A DNA stretch of 64,000 nt from an uncultured Gammaproteobacteria bacterium (GTDB taxonomy: Bacteria > Patescibacteriota > Patescibacteriia > SG8-24), in the NCBI GenBank assembly GCA_964491475.1, contig CAZBFO010000002.1, forward strand, positions 208,501-272,500, given 5' to 3'. Of this stretch, positions 49,440 through 60,577 are shown piece by piece (position 1 is the stretch's first letter; every line of letters begins with the position of its first letter). The notes under the pieces are model-generated. The model was not told where the DNA came from and searched no databases. It was given only the letters and a program-made list of their open reading frames with translations. A program made the translations under genes and the position numbers.

Positions 49440-50330
49440 CTAACGGAGCTTGGCCAGCAGGCCGACCGTCGTGCCTTCGTAATTCCTGATGCGCTCTGGC
49501 GTCGCTTTTGGAAACTTCCTGCGGACCGCTGCGGCCAGCGACGGGAATTGCGCGGCCAACACTTCGAACGCCACGGTCATTTTTTCGTTCGGCAGCTCGG
49601 ACAGCTGTTCCAGCAACGCGCGGGACGCGTCGAGCCCGTCCTTGCCGCTGAACAGCGCGCTCGCCGGCTCGCGCAGCACGCACTTGGACATCGTGCGGCG
49701 CATCGTCGTGGGAAGATAGGGGAGATTAGCGACGATCAGCGGCGCGGCGCTCGCGGGCAGCGGAATCTTTCGGATGGAGGCGTGGCCCGGCATGGGACGC
49801 AGGCCGAGCAGATTGGCCTTGCGCAGCGCGACGCGCCCGGCGACGCCGTGACGACGAGCGTTCCGGCGGGCCGTGACGAAGGCCGGAATGGAAAGGTCGG
49901 TGGCGATGACGCGGGCTTTCGGAAGCGCGAGTGCCATGGATACGGCGATGCAGCCGGAACCGGTGCCGACGTCGACGACGTAATCGGCGCCTTCTGCGCG
50001 CGCCGCAATCGCGGCCGCCTCGACCACGTGCTCCGTCGCGGGGCGCGGAATGAGCGTGCTGGCGTTCACCTCGAACTCGCGGCCCATGAACCAGGCCGTG
50101 CCCAGCAGCCAGGCGAGAGGTTCGTGCTTGGCACGGCGAGAGAGCAGCGCCGAGAAACGGCGTGCGGCCGCGGAGGGAACGATTTCGTCAAACGACAAAA
50201 AAAGACTCTCGCGCGAGAGCTTTGCGGCATGCGCCAACAGCGCCTCGCACTCGAGTCTCGGATCCGCGCCGTCGCAACGGTGTGCGGACAATTTTTTTGT
50301 TCCCTCGGCGAGGGCTTCGCGGAAGGTCAT
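49440..50330 (-). CDS. prmC: Release factor glutamine methyltransferase
   Basis: LIPRP.TE, DVGTGSGCIA, ANLPY. Confidence 0.92.
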   Translation of the reverse strand: MTFREALAEGTKKLSAHRCDGADPRLECEALLAHAAKLSRESLFLSFDEIVPSAAARRFSALLSRRAKHEPLAWLLGTAWFMGREFEVNASTLIPRPATEHVVEAAAIAARAEGADYVVDVGTGSGCIAVSMALALPKARVIATDLSIPAFVTARRNARRHGVAGRVALRKANLLGLRPMPGHASIRKIPLPASAAPLIVANLPYLPTTMRRTMSKCVLREPASALFSGKDGLDASRALLEQLSELPNEKMTVAFEVLAAQFPSLAAAVRRKFPKATPERIRNYEGTTVGLLAKLR

Positions 50331-50334
50331 ATAC

Positions 50335-51033
50335 TCAGGCCTTCACGCCCATGCCGCGCGCTTCAAGTTCAGCGGTGGCTTTCGCGAGATCTTCGGGGTA
50401 GCCGATCGGGCACCAGAACTCCGCGCGGACGATGGCCACCGGATGATCCTTGGCCATGGTCACGACGGTCTGCGGCAGGCCGAACTCGGCGCCGTCCTTG
50501 ATGGGCACCAGCGGATACGAGAAGAAGCGCATGTCGAGCACGTACAGGCCGGCGTTCACCAGGCCGCCCGGCTCCACGTCGGCGCCTTCGATGATGCCGA
50601 TGACGTTGCCGGCGGCATCGGTGCGGAAGGCGCCGTAGCGGCCCTTGGATTCGGCCGGCTTTGCCAGTATCGCCAGTTCGCGCGAACATGCAGAGGCGAT
50701 ATCGTCGCGGCCGTAAAGGTCGTCGCCGTTGAGCACCAAAAATTTGCCGTTCAAAAACGAGGCGCACTGCCCCAGCGCGTGACCGCTGCCGAGCAGTTCG
50801 GCCTGCTCCACGTAACGGACGCGACGACCCTGCCACGAATCACCGAAGTGTTCAGTGATTTTTTCCTTGAGGTAGCCGACCACCAGGATCACCTCGTCGA
50901 TTTCCGCGGGAAGCGATTCCAGCGTCCATTCCAAGATGGGGCGTCCGGCGACCGGAAGCATCGGCTTGGGAACGGTGAGCGTGTGCGGTCGCAGGCGCGT
51001 GCCCAGACCGGCGGCCATGATGACGGCTTGCAT
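50335..51033 (-). CDS. Sugar-phosphate nucleotidyltransferase
   Basis: AAGLGTRL.P.T...PKP. Confidence 0.88.
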   Translation of the reverse strand: MQAVIMAAGLGTRLRPHTLTVPKPMLPVAGRPILEWTLESLPAEIDEVILVVGYLKEKITEHFGDSWQGRRVRYVEQAELLGSGHALGQCASFLNGKFLVLNGDDLYGRDDIASACSRELAILAKPAESKGRYGAFRTDAAGNVIGIIEGADVEPGGLVNAGLYVLDMRFFSYPLVPIKDGAEFGLPQTVVTMAKDHPVAIVRAEFWCPIGYPEDLAKATAELEARGMGVKA

Positions 51034-51044
51034 AGCTCGGGCGA

Positions 51045-52142
51045 TTACTCCTCGTCCTCGTCGTCTTCGCCGAGCGCGCCGATGGCGCCGTTCAATGCCG
51101 CCGAGCGGACCGCCTGAATCAGCGGGTCCAGGTCGCCGTCGAGCACGTTGGGAATGTTGTGCCAGGACTTCTTGATGCGGTGGTCGGTGATGCGGTCCTG
51201 GGGGAAGTTGTAGGTGCGGATTTTGTCGGAGCGGCCGCCGGTGCCGACTTGGGCGCCGCGCAGCGCCTTTTCGGCAGCCATGCGCTTTTCCTCCTCGATG
51301 GCGTACAGGCGCGCGCGCAAGATGCCCATGGCGCGTTCCTTGTTCTGCGTCTGCGAGCGCTCATCTTGGCATTGTACTATCATTCCGGTCGGCAGGTAGG
51401 TGACGCGCACCGCCGAGTAGGTGGTCTGCACGCCCTGTCCGCCGTGACCGCCGGCCAGGAAGGTGTCGATTCGCAAGTCCTTGGGGTCGATCTTGATGTC
51501 GATTTCTTCCGTCTCGGGCATCACTGCCACGGACACGGCCGAGGTGTGGATGCGGCCCTGCTTCTCGGTTTCGGGGACGCGCTGCACGCGATGCACGCCG
51601 CTCTCGTACTTGAAGTCGCGATAGGCGTTGGTGCCTTCCACCATGAAGATGACTTCCTTCACGCCGCCCAATTCGGTGCGGTTCGAAGAAGACAGCTTGG
51701 CCTTCCAGCCGCGGCGCTCGCAGTAGCGCATGTACATGCGGTACAGCTCGGCACCGAACAGCGAGGCTTCATCACCGCCTGCGCCGGCACGGATTTCGAC
51801 GTAGCAGTTCTTGCTGTCCATCGGTTCCGGCGGCACCAGCGCGGACTCCAGTTCGGTGCGGAGCGTTTCCTCCATGCCGGCAAGCGAGGCCAGCTCCTCG
51901 GTCGCCATCTGCTTCATCTCCGGCTCGTCGGCGGATTCCGCGATGGTCTTTTCGGCTTCGGCCTTGGCGGCCAGCACCGCCTCGTAGCGTTCCGAAATCT
52001 CGATGCACACCTTGGTGTCGTCGTACTCGCGGTTCAGATCCTTCAGCTTGCGGGTATCGGAAAAGGTGGCCGGGTTCGCCAGCAGCGCTTCGATTTCGTC
52101 TTTTCTTTGTCGCTTCTTGGCGACGGCGGCTCGTAGGTCCAT
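51045..52142 (-). CDS. prfA: Peptide chain release factor 1
   Basis: [11 protein letters not shown] (PxT), [11 protein letters not shown]. Confidence 0.95.
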   Translation of the reverse strand: MDLRAAVAKKRQRKDEIEALLANPATFSDTRKLKDLNREYDDTKVCIEISERYEAVLAAKAEAEKTIAESADEPEMKQMATEELASLAGMEETLRTELESALVPPEPMDSKNCYVEIRAGAGGDEASLFGAELYRMYMRYCERRGWKAKLSSSNRTELGGVKEVIFMVEGTNAYRDFKYESGVHRVQRVPETEKQGRIHTSAVSVAVMPETEEIDIKIDPKDLRIDTFLAGGHGGQGVQTTYSAVRVTYLPTGMIVQCQDERSQTQNKERAMGILRARLYAIEEEKRMAAEKALRGAQVGTGGRSDKIRTYNFPQDRITDHRIKKSWHNIPNVLDGDLDPLIQAVRSAALNGAIGALGEDDEDEE

Positions 52143-52242
52143 AGGAAAATGATGATACGTTCAGGCGCAAACAAAAAGTGGAAAAGCGGAAAGGGGAGAG
52201 CCTTATGCCTGCTCCCACTTTTGCACTTTTCCACTAGCACCG

Positions 52243-52518
52243 CTACTTGGCGTCCTTCTTGGCCTTGCGGGCGGCTTCCTTGGCCTTCTTGGCGGCGGAA
52301 CCGGCGACTTTGGAGGACTTCTTGGTGGTGCGCTCTTGGAACTTCTCGACGCGGCGGGCGGTGTCGACCAGCTTCTGCTTGCCGGTGTAGAAGGGGTGGC
52401 AGTTCGAACACAGTTCGATCTGGATCTCCTTCACGGTCGAACCGACGGTGAACTCGTTGCCGCAGGCGCAGACGACCTTGGCATCCGGGAAATAGGTTGG
52501 GTGGGTTTCTTTCTTCAT
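52243..52518 (-). CDS. rpmE: 50S ribosomal protein L31 (Zn-binding type)
   Basis: [15 protein letters not shown]. Confidence 0.97.
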   Translation of the reverse strand: MKKETHPTYFPDAKVVCACGNEFTVGSTVKEIQIELCSNCHPFYTGKQKLVDTARRVEKFQERTTKKSSKVAGSAAKKAKEAARKAKKDAK

Positions 52519-52686
52519 AGAGTGAGAAATCGACCCAAAGGCGGGTCGTCAATGCGAGGAATGTAGCACCGTTGCGCAAAATGCGCAAGGGGAGGGGGAG
52601 TCGCCGGCGGCTCTTGCTTATTCGGGGCTATTCGAGCATACTCGGGCCTGCGTTCATCCCGAACGCTGCTCACCAGGAGCCGAAAC

Positions 52687-53457
52687 GTGTCCGAAAAACA
52701 TTTTTTGACCACCTCGAACGTCACTGGAGTCGCAAGTGCTGCGTACGACACCGTCATCTTCACCTGCAACGTGCAGGGAACCGGCCTCACGGGCCCCAAG
52801 GCGAAGGAGGCGGCCCGTCCGGCCATCGACGCCCTCATCGCCACGCTCGACGCGCTCGAAAAGGACGGCCTCAAGATCGATCGCGAAGGACTGCGGGCGG
52901 AGCCGAACGTGCAGCCGGCGTACGACTACGATTCGTCGACGCGCCGGAACACGCCAGTCGGCTACACCGCCAGCTACACGCTGACCTTCCAGAGCTGCTC
53001 CGTCGAGAGCGCGAGCGAAGTCCACGACAAACTCACCGAGGTCAACGGCGTCACCGCGAATGCGCCGGCCTTCAAGCTCAAGAATCTCACCAAGCTCCAC
53101 TCCAGGGCGCTTCGTGATGCCAAGGCCAAGCGCGACGCGCGCTTCAAGGACGAGTGCAAGGTGTTCGGTCTGGATCCGGACGACTACTGCGTGGACAGCT
53201 ATCAGCCGAGCTACGACGAAAGCGAGTCGGCCGGCGCACAGCTGTACGCACACGCGGCCGCGAGTCACGAAAGCGTCGGCGGCGGTTCGCCGGTGAAGAT
53301 CAAGTCCGGTAGGGCGACGGTCACGGTGCGCCTGACCTCGAACTACCGACTGCGCGGCGTGTCAATCCTGCGGCCAGCCACGTCCGGCGCGTCGAAGTCG
53401 TCCAAGTCCGGTGCCAAGGACCAGCCAGCCAGCAACGGCGGCGACGCCACCTCCTAA
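52687..53457 (+). CDS. SIMPL (DUF541) domain protein without a signal peptide
   Basis: V.P.Y.Y, GY.A, AL.DA.AK pattern. AGGAG SD. Confidence 0.7.
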   Translation: MSEKHFLTTSNVTGVASAAYDTVIFTCNVQGTGLTGPKAKEAARPAIDALIATLDALEKDGLKIDREGLRAEPNVQPAYDYDSSTRRNTPVGYTASYTLTFQSCSVESASEVHDKLTEVNGVTANAPAFKLKNLTKLHSRALRDAKAKRDARFKDECKVFGLDPDDYCVDSYQPSYDESESAGAQLYAHAAASHESVGGGSPVKIKSGRATVTVRLTSNYRLRGVSILRPATSGASKSSKSGAKDQPASNGGDATS

Positions 53458-53579
53458 CGTCTCGGCCCCTCATCATCCTGTGAGGGGCTTTTTAAATGCC
53501 GAAAGCCCCTTAGCCTTGCTTTTTTCGGGGTCTTCGTATAGAGTACCGCCTGAAGAAGCCCCACCAGGCTCTCTTCTTT

Positions 53580-53672
53580 AATCTCACATGCGTTTCATTA
53601 CAGGCATCGCGACCTGGCGCACCGTACGGTGCAGCCCCGCGACCGCCGAAACGCAGCGGGGAAGCAGCATTA
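53580..53672 (+). promoter_or_regulatory. rpsB (S2) leader RNA structure
   Basis: CACA-TGCGTTTC ... GAAACGCA-GCGGGGA long helix upstream of rpsB. Confidence 0.65.
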
Positions 53673-53699
53673 AGCTGCTTCCACATAAGGGCCATATTT

Positions 53700-54458
53700 A
53701 TGCCAAAACTTCCGTCGCTTCTGGAGATGCTCCAGGCCGGAGTGCACTTCGGGCACCGCGATTCCCGCTGGCACCCCAAGATGAAGAATTACATTTTCGG
53801 TTCTCGCAACGGGATCCACATCGTCGACCTCGAGAAGACGCTCACGCGCCTCGAGGAAGCGCTGACCTACGTCCGTGACCTCACGGCCCGCGGCGGCGTC
53901 ATCCTGTTCCTGGGCACCAAGCGCCAGGCTCGCGACATCATCAAGAAGTACGCCGAAGAGTGCGGCGCCCCCTACATTTCGGGACGCTGGCTCGGCGGCA
54001 CCCTCACCAACTTCGGCGAGGTCATGAACCTGGTCAAGCACTTCAACGACCTCAAGGCCAAGCAGGCCTCGGGCGCGCTGGCCAAGTATACCAAGAAGGA
54101 GCAGGCCAACTTCGCCAAGGAGATTGAAGACCTCGAGAACAAGGTCGGTGGCATCTCGGCCATCACCCGCGCTCCGGACGCCGTCTTCGTTGTCGACATC
54201 ATGAAGGAGAAGACCGCCGTCGCCGAAGCCGTCACCCGCGGCATCCCGCTGGTCGCCCTCACCGACACCAACGTCAACCCGGAGAAGGTCGCCTACCCGA
54301 TCCCGTCCAACGACGACGCCGTGAAGACCATCGAGCTGATGACCAAGCTCATCGCCGAGGCCGTCAAGGAAGGCAAAAAGCTCCGCGAGTCGCAGGCCGC
54401 CGAAGCCGACAAGGCCCGCGCCAAGGCCGTGGCCGCCGCCGGTCCGGTCGGCAAGTAA
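53700..54458 (+). CDS. rpsB: 30S ribosomal protein S2
   Basis: AGVHFGH, RWLGGTLTN, DTN..P. Confidence 0.98.
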   Translation: MPKLPSLLEMLQAGVHFGHRDSRWHPKMKNYIFGSRNGIHIVDLEKTLTRLEEALTYVRDLTARGGVILFLGTKRQARDIIKKYAEECGAPYISGRWLGGTLTNFGEVMNLVKHFNDLKAKQASGALAKYTKKEQANFAKEIEDLENKVGGISAITRAPDAVFVVDIMKEKTAVAEAVTRGIPLVALTDTNVNPEKVAYPIPSNDDAVKTIELMTKLIAEAVKEGKKLRESQAAEADKARAKAVAAAGPVGK

Positions 54459-54485
54459 ACGCAAAGTCACGTAACCCCGTTCTCT

Positions 54486-55076
54486 ATGGCAACCATGTCA
54501 CTCATCAGCGAGCTCCGCGCCATCACTAACGCCGGCATCGTCGACTGCAAGAAGGCACTCGAGGAGGCCGGCGACGACCTGGCCAAGGCCGTCGAGATTC
54601 TTCGCAAGAAGGGCATCGCCAAGGCCTCTTCCAAGGGCGACCGCGCCACCAAGGAAGGCCTGGTCTCGTCGTACATCCACGGCGAGGGCCGCATCGGCGT
54701 GCTGGTCGAGGTGCTCTGCGAGACCGACTTCGTCGCCCGCACCGAGCAGTTCAAGGAGTTCGTCCACGAGGTCGCCCTCCAGATTTCCGCCACCAACCCG
54801 CTGTACCTCAACCGCGAGGCGATTCCGCCCGAGGTCATCGAGAAGGAGAAGGAGCTGGCCATGGCCGAGTTCGCCGGCTCCAGCAAGCCCGTCGAGATGC
54901 TCGAGAAGATCGCCCAGGGCAAGCTGGAGCGCTACTACTCCGAAGCCTGTCTTCTCGATCAGGCCTACATCAAGGACGAGGACAAGACCATCGGCGAGTA
55001 CCTCAAGGAGACCATCGCCAAGACCGGCGAGAACATCCAGGTCCGCCGCTTCAGCCGCTACTCGCTCGGCGAGTAA
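54486..55076 (+). CDS. tsf: Elongation factor Ts (short, about 196-aa form)
   Basis: DCKKAL, CETDFVA, follows rpsB. Confidence 0.96.
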   Translation: MATMSLISELRAITNAGIVDCKKALEEAGDDLAKAVEILRKKGIAKASSKGDRATKEGLVSSYIHGEGRIGVLVEVLCETDFVARTEQFKEFVHEVALQISATNPLYLNREAIPPEVIEKEKELAMAEFAGSSKPVEMLEKIAQGKLERYYSEACLLDQAYIKDEDKTIGEYLKETIAKTGENIQVRRFSRYSLGE

Positions 55077-55210
55077 GCATTCGACTTCATCACCAGACGA
55101 AAACCGTCCCGTCGCGGGGCGGTTTTTCGTTGACGGCAATCACGCTTGACCGCGCAGAACTCGCGAGATACGCTCGTCGCGGCTCTTTCCCGCGCGAAAG
55201 GAGGACGCTG

Positions 55211-55669
55211 ATGTCCAAAGAACGAAAAGAACGCAGTGACGCCGATCTTGCGCGCCAGCTTCTCGAGGGTGACGGTGCGGAGAAGGCCGAGGCCAAGCGG
55301 GAGCTTGAACTTCGGCTGATGACGCTGAACCATTACGCGAGCGCGTTGGCCGGCATGGTCCGTGCTGCCGCGCTGTCCGGAGCCGGACGCCGTGCCGCCG
55401 AGGACGCGTTTCCGTACAAGGTCAGCCTGCATATCGGGCACAACGCTCCAGGGTCAGAAGGCGCTCGCAACTGGGAACCGCTCACGGCCGGCATCGAAGC
55501 CCAGTTTCGAAGCAACGGCTTCGAACCGCAGCGCGCCACGTGGACGGGGTACTACTTCGACCATGAGTCGGATACCGACGACATGCCCTACACGGGCATC
55601 ATCGTCGCACTGCCGCGACAGGCAGGACGAAAGAAAGGTTCCCGTTCTTCCCAAAGAGGCCGCAAGTGA
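55211..55669 (+). CDS. Hypothetical protein
   Basis: AGGAGG SD. GTGA overlap with the NUDIX gene. Confidence 0.6.
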   Translation: MSKERKERSDADLARQLLEGDGAEKAEAKRELELRLMTLNHYASALAGMVRAAALSGAGRRAAEDAFPYKVSLHIGHNAPGSEGARNWEPLTAGIEAQFRSNGFEPQRATWTGYYFDHESDTDDMPYTGIIVALPRQAGRKKGSRSSQRGRK

Positions 55670-56166
55670 ACACGAACAAAGACGACGACCAGATTGCCTG
55701 CCGGAACAAGTGGGGAGAGACGGTCATGGTGCGGCGTGACGAGCTGGTTTTCCGGCCGAGCGCCTATACGGTCATCGAGTCTTCGGGCTTGGTGCTGCTG
55801 ATGCGCTCTCCTGCGGGCAAATACTTTTTTCCCGGCGGCGGACAGGACAAAGGCGAGCTGCTGCAGGACTGCGCGGTCCGCGAGACCTGGGAGGAAACCG
55901 GCGGCATCGAAGTCCGCATCGGCAGGTATCTCGGCGTGTTCGAGGACTTCTATTACTGGCAGAAAGCGAAGATCGCCTTCCACGCCCAGTGCCACGCCTA
56001 CGTGGCGCATCTTGTCGACGCCGCCGCCGTCATTCCCGACGGTTTCGGCACTGACGACGAAGGCTATCCCGAATGGAAGCTGCTGGCCGAATTGGCCGCG
56101 CGTCCCGAGATGATGATGAAGGGCATCGCCGACAGGATACTGGCGGCGTACCTGGAAAGCCGCTAG
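55666..56166 (+). CDS. NUDIX hydrolase
   Basis: PGGG...GE...CA.RE..EETG box. Confidence 0.88.
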   Translation: MNTNKDDDQIACRNKWGETVMVRRDELVFRPSAYTVIESSGLVLLMRSPAGKYFFPGGGQDKGELLQDCAVRETWEETGGIEVRIGRYLGVFEDFYYWQKAKIAFHAQCHAYVAHLVDAAAVIPDGFGTDDEGYPEWKLLAELAARPEMMMKGIADRILAAYLESR

Positions 56167-56338
56167 CCGCAAGGCTGGCATGCAGAGCGCATCAGCGCTC
56201 TTTTTTGTTCTTGGCCCGGGCGGCGATGCCTTGACAATCGCCCTTTTTTCTGCTATTATGGCGCGTCACGTAACCGTACGTGGCGCGCGCAGCAACCTCA
56301 CTTTCCGACAGTATGCGGTCGGGTGAAAGGAATCAGTC

Positions 56339-56515
56339 ATGGTCAAGGAATCGGCGTTTCGCGACGAAGACATCTTCCAAGTTTTCTGGCAAAATGTCAG
56401 CCGGCTTCGGCGGGCGCAAGGCTGTCAGCAGGTGCACCGCAAACCCACCCTCGAAGACATGGACAAACAGCTTCCAGGGGGAGCGGAAAGCCAATCGCAG
56501 ACTGTTGACGAGTAG
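56339..56515 (+). CDS. Putative 58-aa small protein (not in the ORF track)
   Basis: MVKESAFRDEDIFQVFWQNVSRLRRAQG...TVDE. AAAGGA SD, TTGACA/TATTAT promoter at 56231-56259, terminator at 56538-56567. Confidence 0.5.
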   Translation: MVKESAFRDEDIFQVFWQNVSRLRRAQGCQQVHRKPTLEDMDKQLPGGAESQSQTVDE

Positions 56516-56627
56516 CTGATCGGAGGCGCTCTTACCGAGGCCGTGGGACTTCCCACGGCCTTTTTTTGCGCGCCGTTGCGCTTCTCGGTCCCAAAGCGAT
56601 ACTGTGAAGCGGTGCGTCACTTCCGAT

Positions 56628-57122
56628 ATGTCAAAGCTGATCGACTGCTACAACCAAAAAGGCGAACTGCTGCGACTGCCGGACGAGGATTTTTTGCCGC
56701 GTACCGCCGCCTATGCGGCCATCGAACGTGACGGCAACCTGCTGGCTTTCCGACTCACCACCGGCAACTATTTCTTGCCGGGCGGGGGAGTGGATGACGG
56801 CGAGGAACTGCTCGAGGCCATGCATCGCGAGGTGTCCGAAGAGGTCGGCGGGCTGGCCGTAGAGGTGATCGGTCCGCTCGGCGTCTTCGATCATTTTTAC
56901 TATTACGACGACAGCCAGAGCGCCTGGCATTCCCGCTGCCACGTCTACGTGTGCCGCATACCCGATGCTGCCGGCATTCCGGAAGGCGCAGGCCAGCCGG
57001 AGGAGGGGTATCCCGAATGGGTCTCGCTTGCGGAGCTGCCGCGCAAACCGCTGCACCCCGGCATCATGGCGAAAATAGTGGACGCCTACCTGCGGTGGCG
57101 GACGGTCAACGTGCACGGTTGA
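56628..57122 (+). CDS. NUDIX hydrolase (paralog of 55666)
   Basis: PGGG...GE...A..RE..EEVG box. Shares F..FYY, H..CH.Y and EGYPEW motifs with 55666. Confidence 0.88.
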   Translation: MSKLIDCYNQKGELLRLPDEDFLPRTAAYAAIERDGNLLAFRLTTGNYFLPGGGVDDGEELLEAMHREVSEEVGGLAVEVIGPLGVFDHFYYYDDSQSAWHSRCHVYVCRIPDAAGIPEGAGQPEEGYPEWVSLAELPRKPLHPGIMAKIVDAYLRWRTVNVHG

Positions 57123-57216
57123 CTGTCACGGCCAATGTGCCTTCAGTCTCGCCAAAGCGGCCGTTTTTGCTATAATCACGGCGTTACTCGTATTTCACCC
57201 TAGACCGCCCGTACCT

Positions 57217-58227
<1,011 letters not shown>

Positions 58228-58230
58228 TCG

Positions 58231-59133
58231 ATGCTGCTTACCCTCATCTACGACGGCATCATCGGCATCGTCGTCGGTTCGGTACCGACGTACTTTGCGG
58301 TGACCGTCGCGAGGAAGCGGCAAAAGAAGGGGAACGGGCCGGGCATTCTCGGCCTGCTGCTGGCCTTGGTTTGGCTGGTGGTGGTCTATGGCAGCTTCAT
58401 CGAGCCGCGGCTGCTGCAGGTCGGGCGCACGAATATCGCCATCGGCGATGGCTCGCGCGCGTTGAAGGTGGCGCTCATTTCCGACACGCACCTCGGCCAG
58501 TACCGTCATCGCGAGTGGCTGGACACCGTCGTTAACCGAATCAACGCGCTGCATCCCGACGTGGTGATGGTCGCCGGCGACATCGCCTCGACGCCGTCGG
58601 GCTACGAGGAGTTCCAGCCTTTTGCCAGGCTGCAGAGCAGGTACGGCACCTACGCGGTCCTCGGCAATTGGGACTACCGCGCGGGCGCGATTGACGTGCG
58701 CAAGCATCTCGGTTCGTATAAAGTGAAGTTGCTGGTCAATAAGTCGGTGCCGCTCGACGTCGACGGGCAGACGGTCAGCCTCATCGGCCTGGACGACACC
58801 ACCGAAGGCCAGCCCGACATCGACCTGGCCATGAAGGACGTTCCGCCGGACGCCAAGAAGATCCTGTTGGTGCACAACCCCGACGCGACGCCATTGGCCG
58901 AGACGCGCGGCATCGACCTGGTCCTTGCAGGCCATACCCACGCCGGGCAAGTGCGTCTGCCGTACCTGGGCCCCGTGCCGCACATGCCCATCAAGATCGG
59001 CCAGCAGTTCGACAAAGGTTACTTTCCCTTCGGCCAGACGCGGCTGTTCATCACTCCCGGCGTCGGCGAATCCGGCACGCGCGCGCGACTGTTCGATCCG
59101 CCAGAAATTTCTTTCCTGACCATCACGTTCTGA
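58231..59133 (+). CDS. Membrane-anchored calcineurin-like metallophosphoesterase
   Basis: DTH, GD, GNWD, HNP, GHTH.GQ. Confidence 0.88.
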   Translation: MLLTLIYDGIIGIVVGSVPTYFAVTVARKRQKKGNGPGILGLLLALVWLVVVYGSFIEPRLLQVGRTNIAIGDGSRALKVALISDTHLGQYRHREWLDTVVNRINALHPDVVMVAGDIASTPSGYEEFQPFARLQSRYGTYAVLGNWDYRAGAIDVRKHLGSYKVKLLVNKSVPLDVDGQTVSLIGLDDTTEGQPDIDLAMKDVPPDAKKILLVHNPDATPLAETRGIDLVLAGHTHAGQVRLPYLGPVPHMPIKIGQQFDKGYFPFGQTRLFITPGVGESGTRARLFDPPEISFLTITF

Positions 59134-59137
59134 ACGT

Positions 59138-60451
59138 ATGCCAAACGCCCCTCACGTCGTCGTTCTCGGTGCAGGTTTCGGCGGCATCGCCGCGGCGCGC
59201 ACGCTGGCCGCCACCGCCCGTTCCGGCGCGGTCAAGGTGACGGTCGTCGACCGTCACGCGTCGCACGTCTTCACGCCGCTGCTGTACGAAGCCGCCACGG
59301 GTTTCGTCGAGCACCAGAACCTGGGCACTGCCAAGCTGATGAGCGCCGGCATCACCGCCGACATTCCCGACATGCTGCAGCACTGGGACGCCGACTTCGT
59401 GCAGTCCACCGTCGAAGGCCTCGATTGGGAAAAGCGCCAGGTGCTTTTGCGCGACAAGGAACCTCTGGCATTCGATTACCTGATCATCGGCCTGGGAGCC
59501 GAGACCAACTTTTTCGGCATTGCCGGCCTGCAGGAAAACGCCCTCACGCTCAAGTCCGTGCGCGACGCCGACCGCCTGCGCCAACGCATCCACGACATGC
59601 TGCACATGCGCGAGAAGGGCACCCAGAAGCGCCTGGAGATCGTCATCGGCGGCGGCGGCCCTACCGGCGTGGAGCTCGCCGCGGAACTGACCCTGTTCCT
59701 GCGCCGCCACATCGTGAAGGGCCACCTCAAGCCCGAGGACTACAACATCACCCTCGTCGAGGCGCAGTCGCGACTGCTGGGCGCGCTCAAGCCGGAACTT
59801 TCCGCCGCCGCGCTCGATCGCCTGAAGGCGCTGGGAGTGCACGTGCATCTCGACTCCGCCATGAAGGAAGCCGGCTATCAGAAGGCCGTGCTGGTGCCGC
59901 GCGCCTGCAAGCCCGGGGAGACTGTCGATCAGCTGTTGTGCAACTTCAAAAAGGAAGGCCAGATGGACATCGCCGCCGACATCGTCGTCTGGACGGGCGG
60001 CATCCGCGGCAGCATGGCGTTGGAAAAACTGGGCGTGCCTCTCGACGCTCGCGGCAAGCGCATCGAGGTCGGCCCCACGTTGGAGGTGGCGGACAAAAAG
60101 AACGTTTTCGCCATCGGCGACTCGGTGCTGCTGATGGACCCGACCACTAAGCAGCCGGTACCCTGGTTGGCGCAGGCCGCAATGCGCCATGGCGAGACCG
60201 CCGCGCGAACCGTCGCCGCCCGCGTGACCGGGGGAAAGGATTCTGCCTACGAGTTCCAGACGTATCCGGTGGTCGTTCCGCTCGGCGGCAAGTACGCCAT
60301 CGCCATCGTCGGCGGCCTGACCATGATCGGCTTTTGGGGCTGGGTGCTCAAGGAGCTGGCCAACCTGCGCTACTTCCTGACCATCCTGCCGTTCGGTCAG
60401 GCGCTCAAGAAGTGGTGGCACGGGGCGCTGATGTACGCCGGCAACGACTGA
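59138..60451 (+). CDS. NDH-2-like FAD-dependent NAD(P)H oxidoreductase
   Basis: GAGFGG, PLLYE, GGGPTGVE, FAIGD, AQAA. Confidence 0.85.
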   Translation: MPNAPHVVVLGAGFGGIAAARTLAATARSGAVKVTVVDRHASHVFTPLLYEAATGFVEHQNLGTAKLMSAGITADIPDMLQHWDADFVQSTVEGLDWEKRQVLLRDKEPLAFDYLIIGLGAETNFFGIAGLQENALTLKSVRDADRLRQRIHDMLHMREKGTQKRLEIVIGGGGPTGVELAAELTLFLRRHIVKGHLKPEDYNITLVEAQSRLLGALKPELSAAALDRLKALGVHVHLDSAMKEAGYQKAVLVPRACKPGETVDQLLCNFKKEGQMDIAADIVVWTGGIRGSMALEKLGVPLDARGKRIEVGPTLEVADKKNVFAIGDSVLLMDPTTKQPVPWLAQAAMRHGETAARTVAARVTGGKDSAYEFQTYPVVVPLGGKYAIAIVGGLTMIGFWGWVLKELANLRYFLTILPFGQALKKWWHGALMYAGND

Positions 60452-60577
60452 CAAAACATGCCCGACCCGCGAGGGTCGGTTTCATTTTGCGCGAAAATTG
60501 CCAGAAATCGGCCAAGAAACGGGCGTGTGGGCTTTCCCCTGCGGACAGCGTTCAAACGTGCTATACTGCTACTGTTT

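Noticed and set aside
51380-51470. RF1 variant around GGQ ([13 protein letters not shown]) as a sign of genetic-code change
   Set aside because: PxT and GGQ are intact, and TAA, TAG and TGA all terminate conserved genes here.
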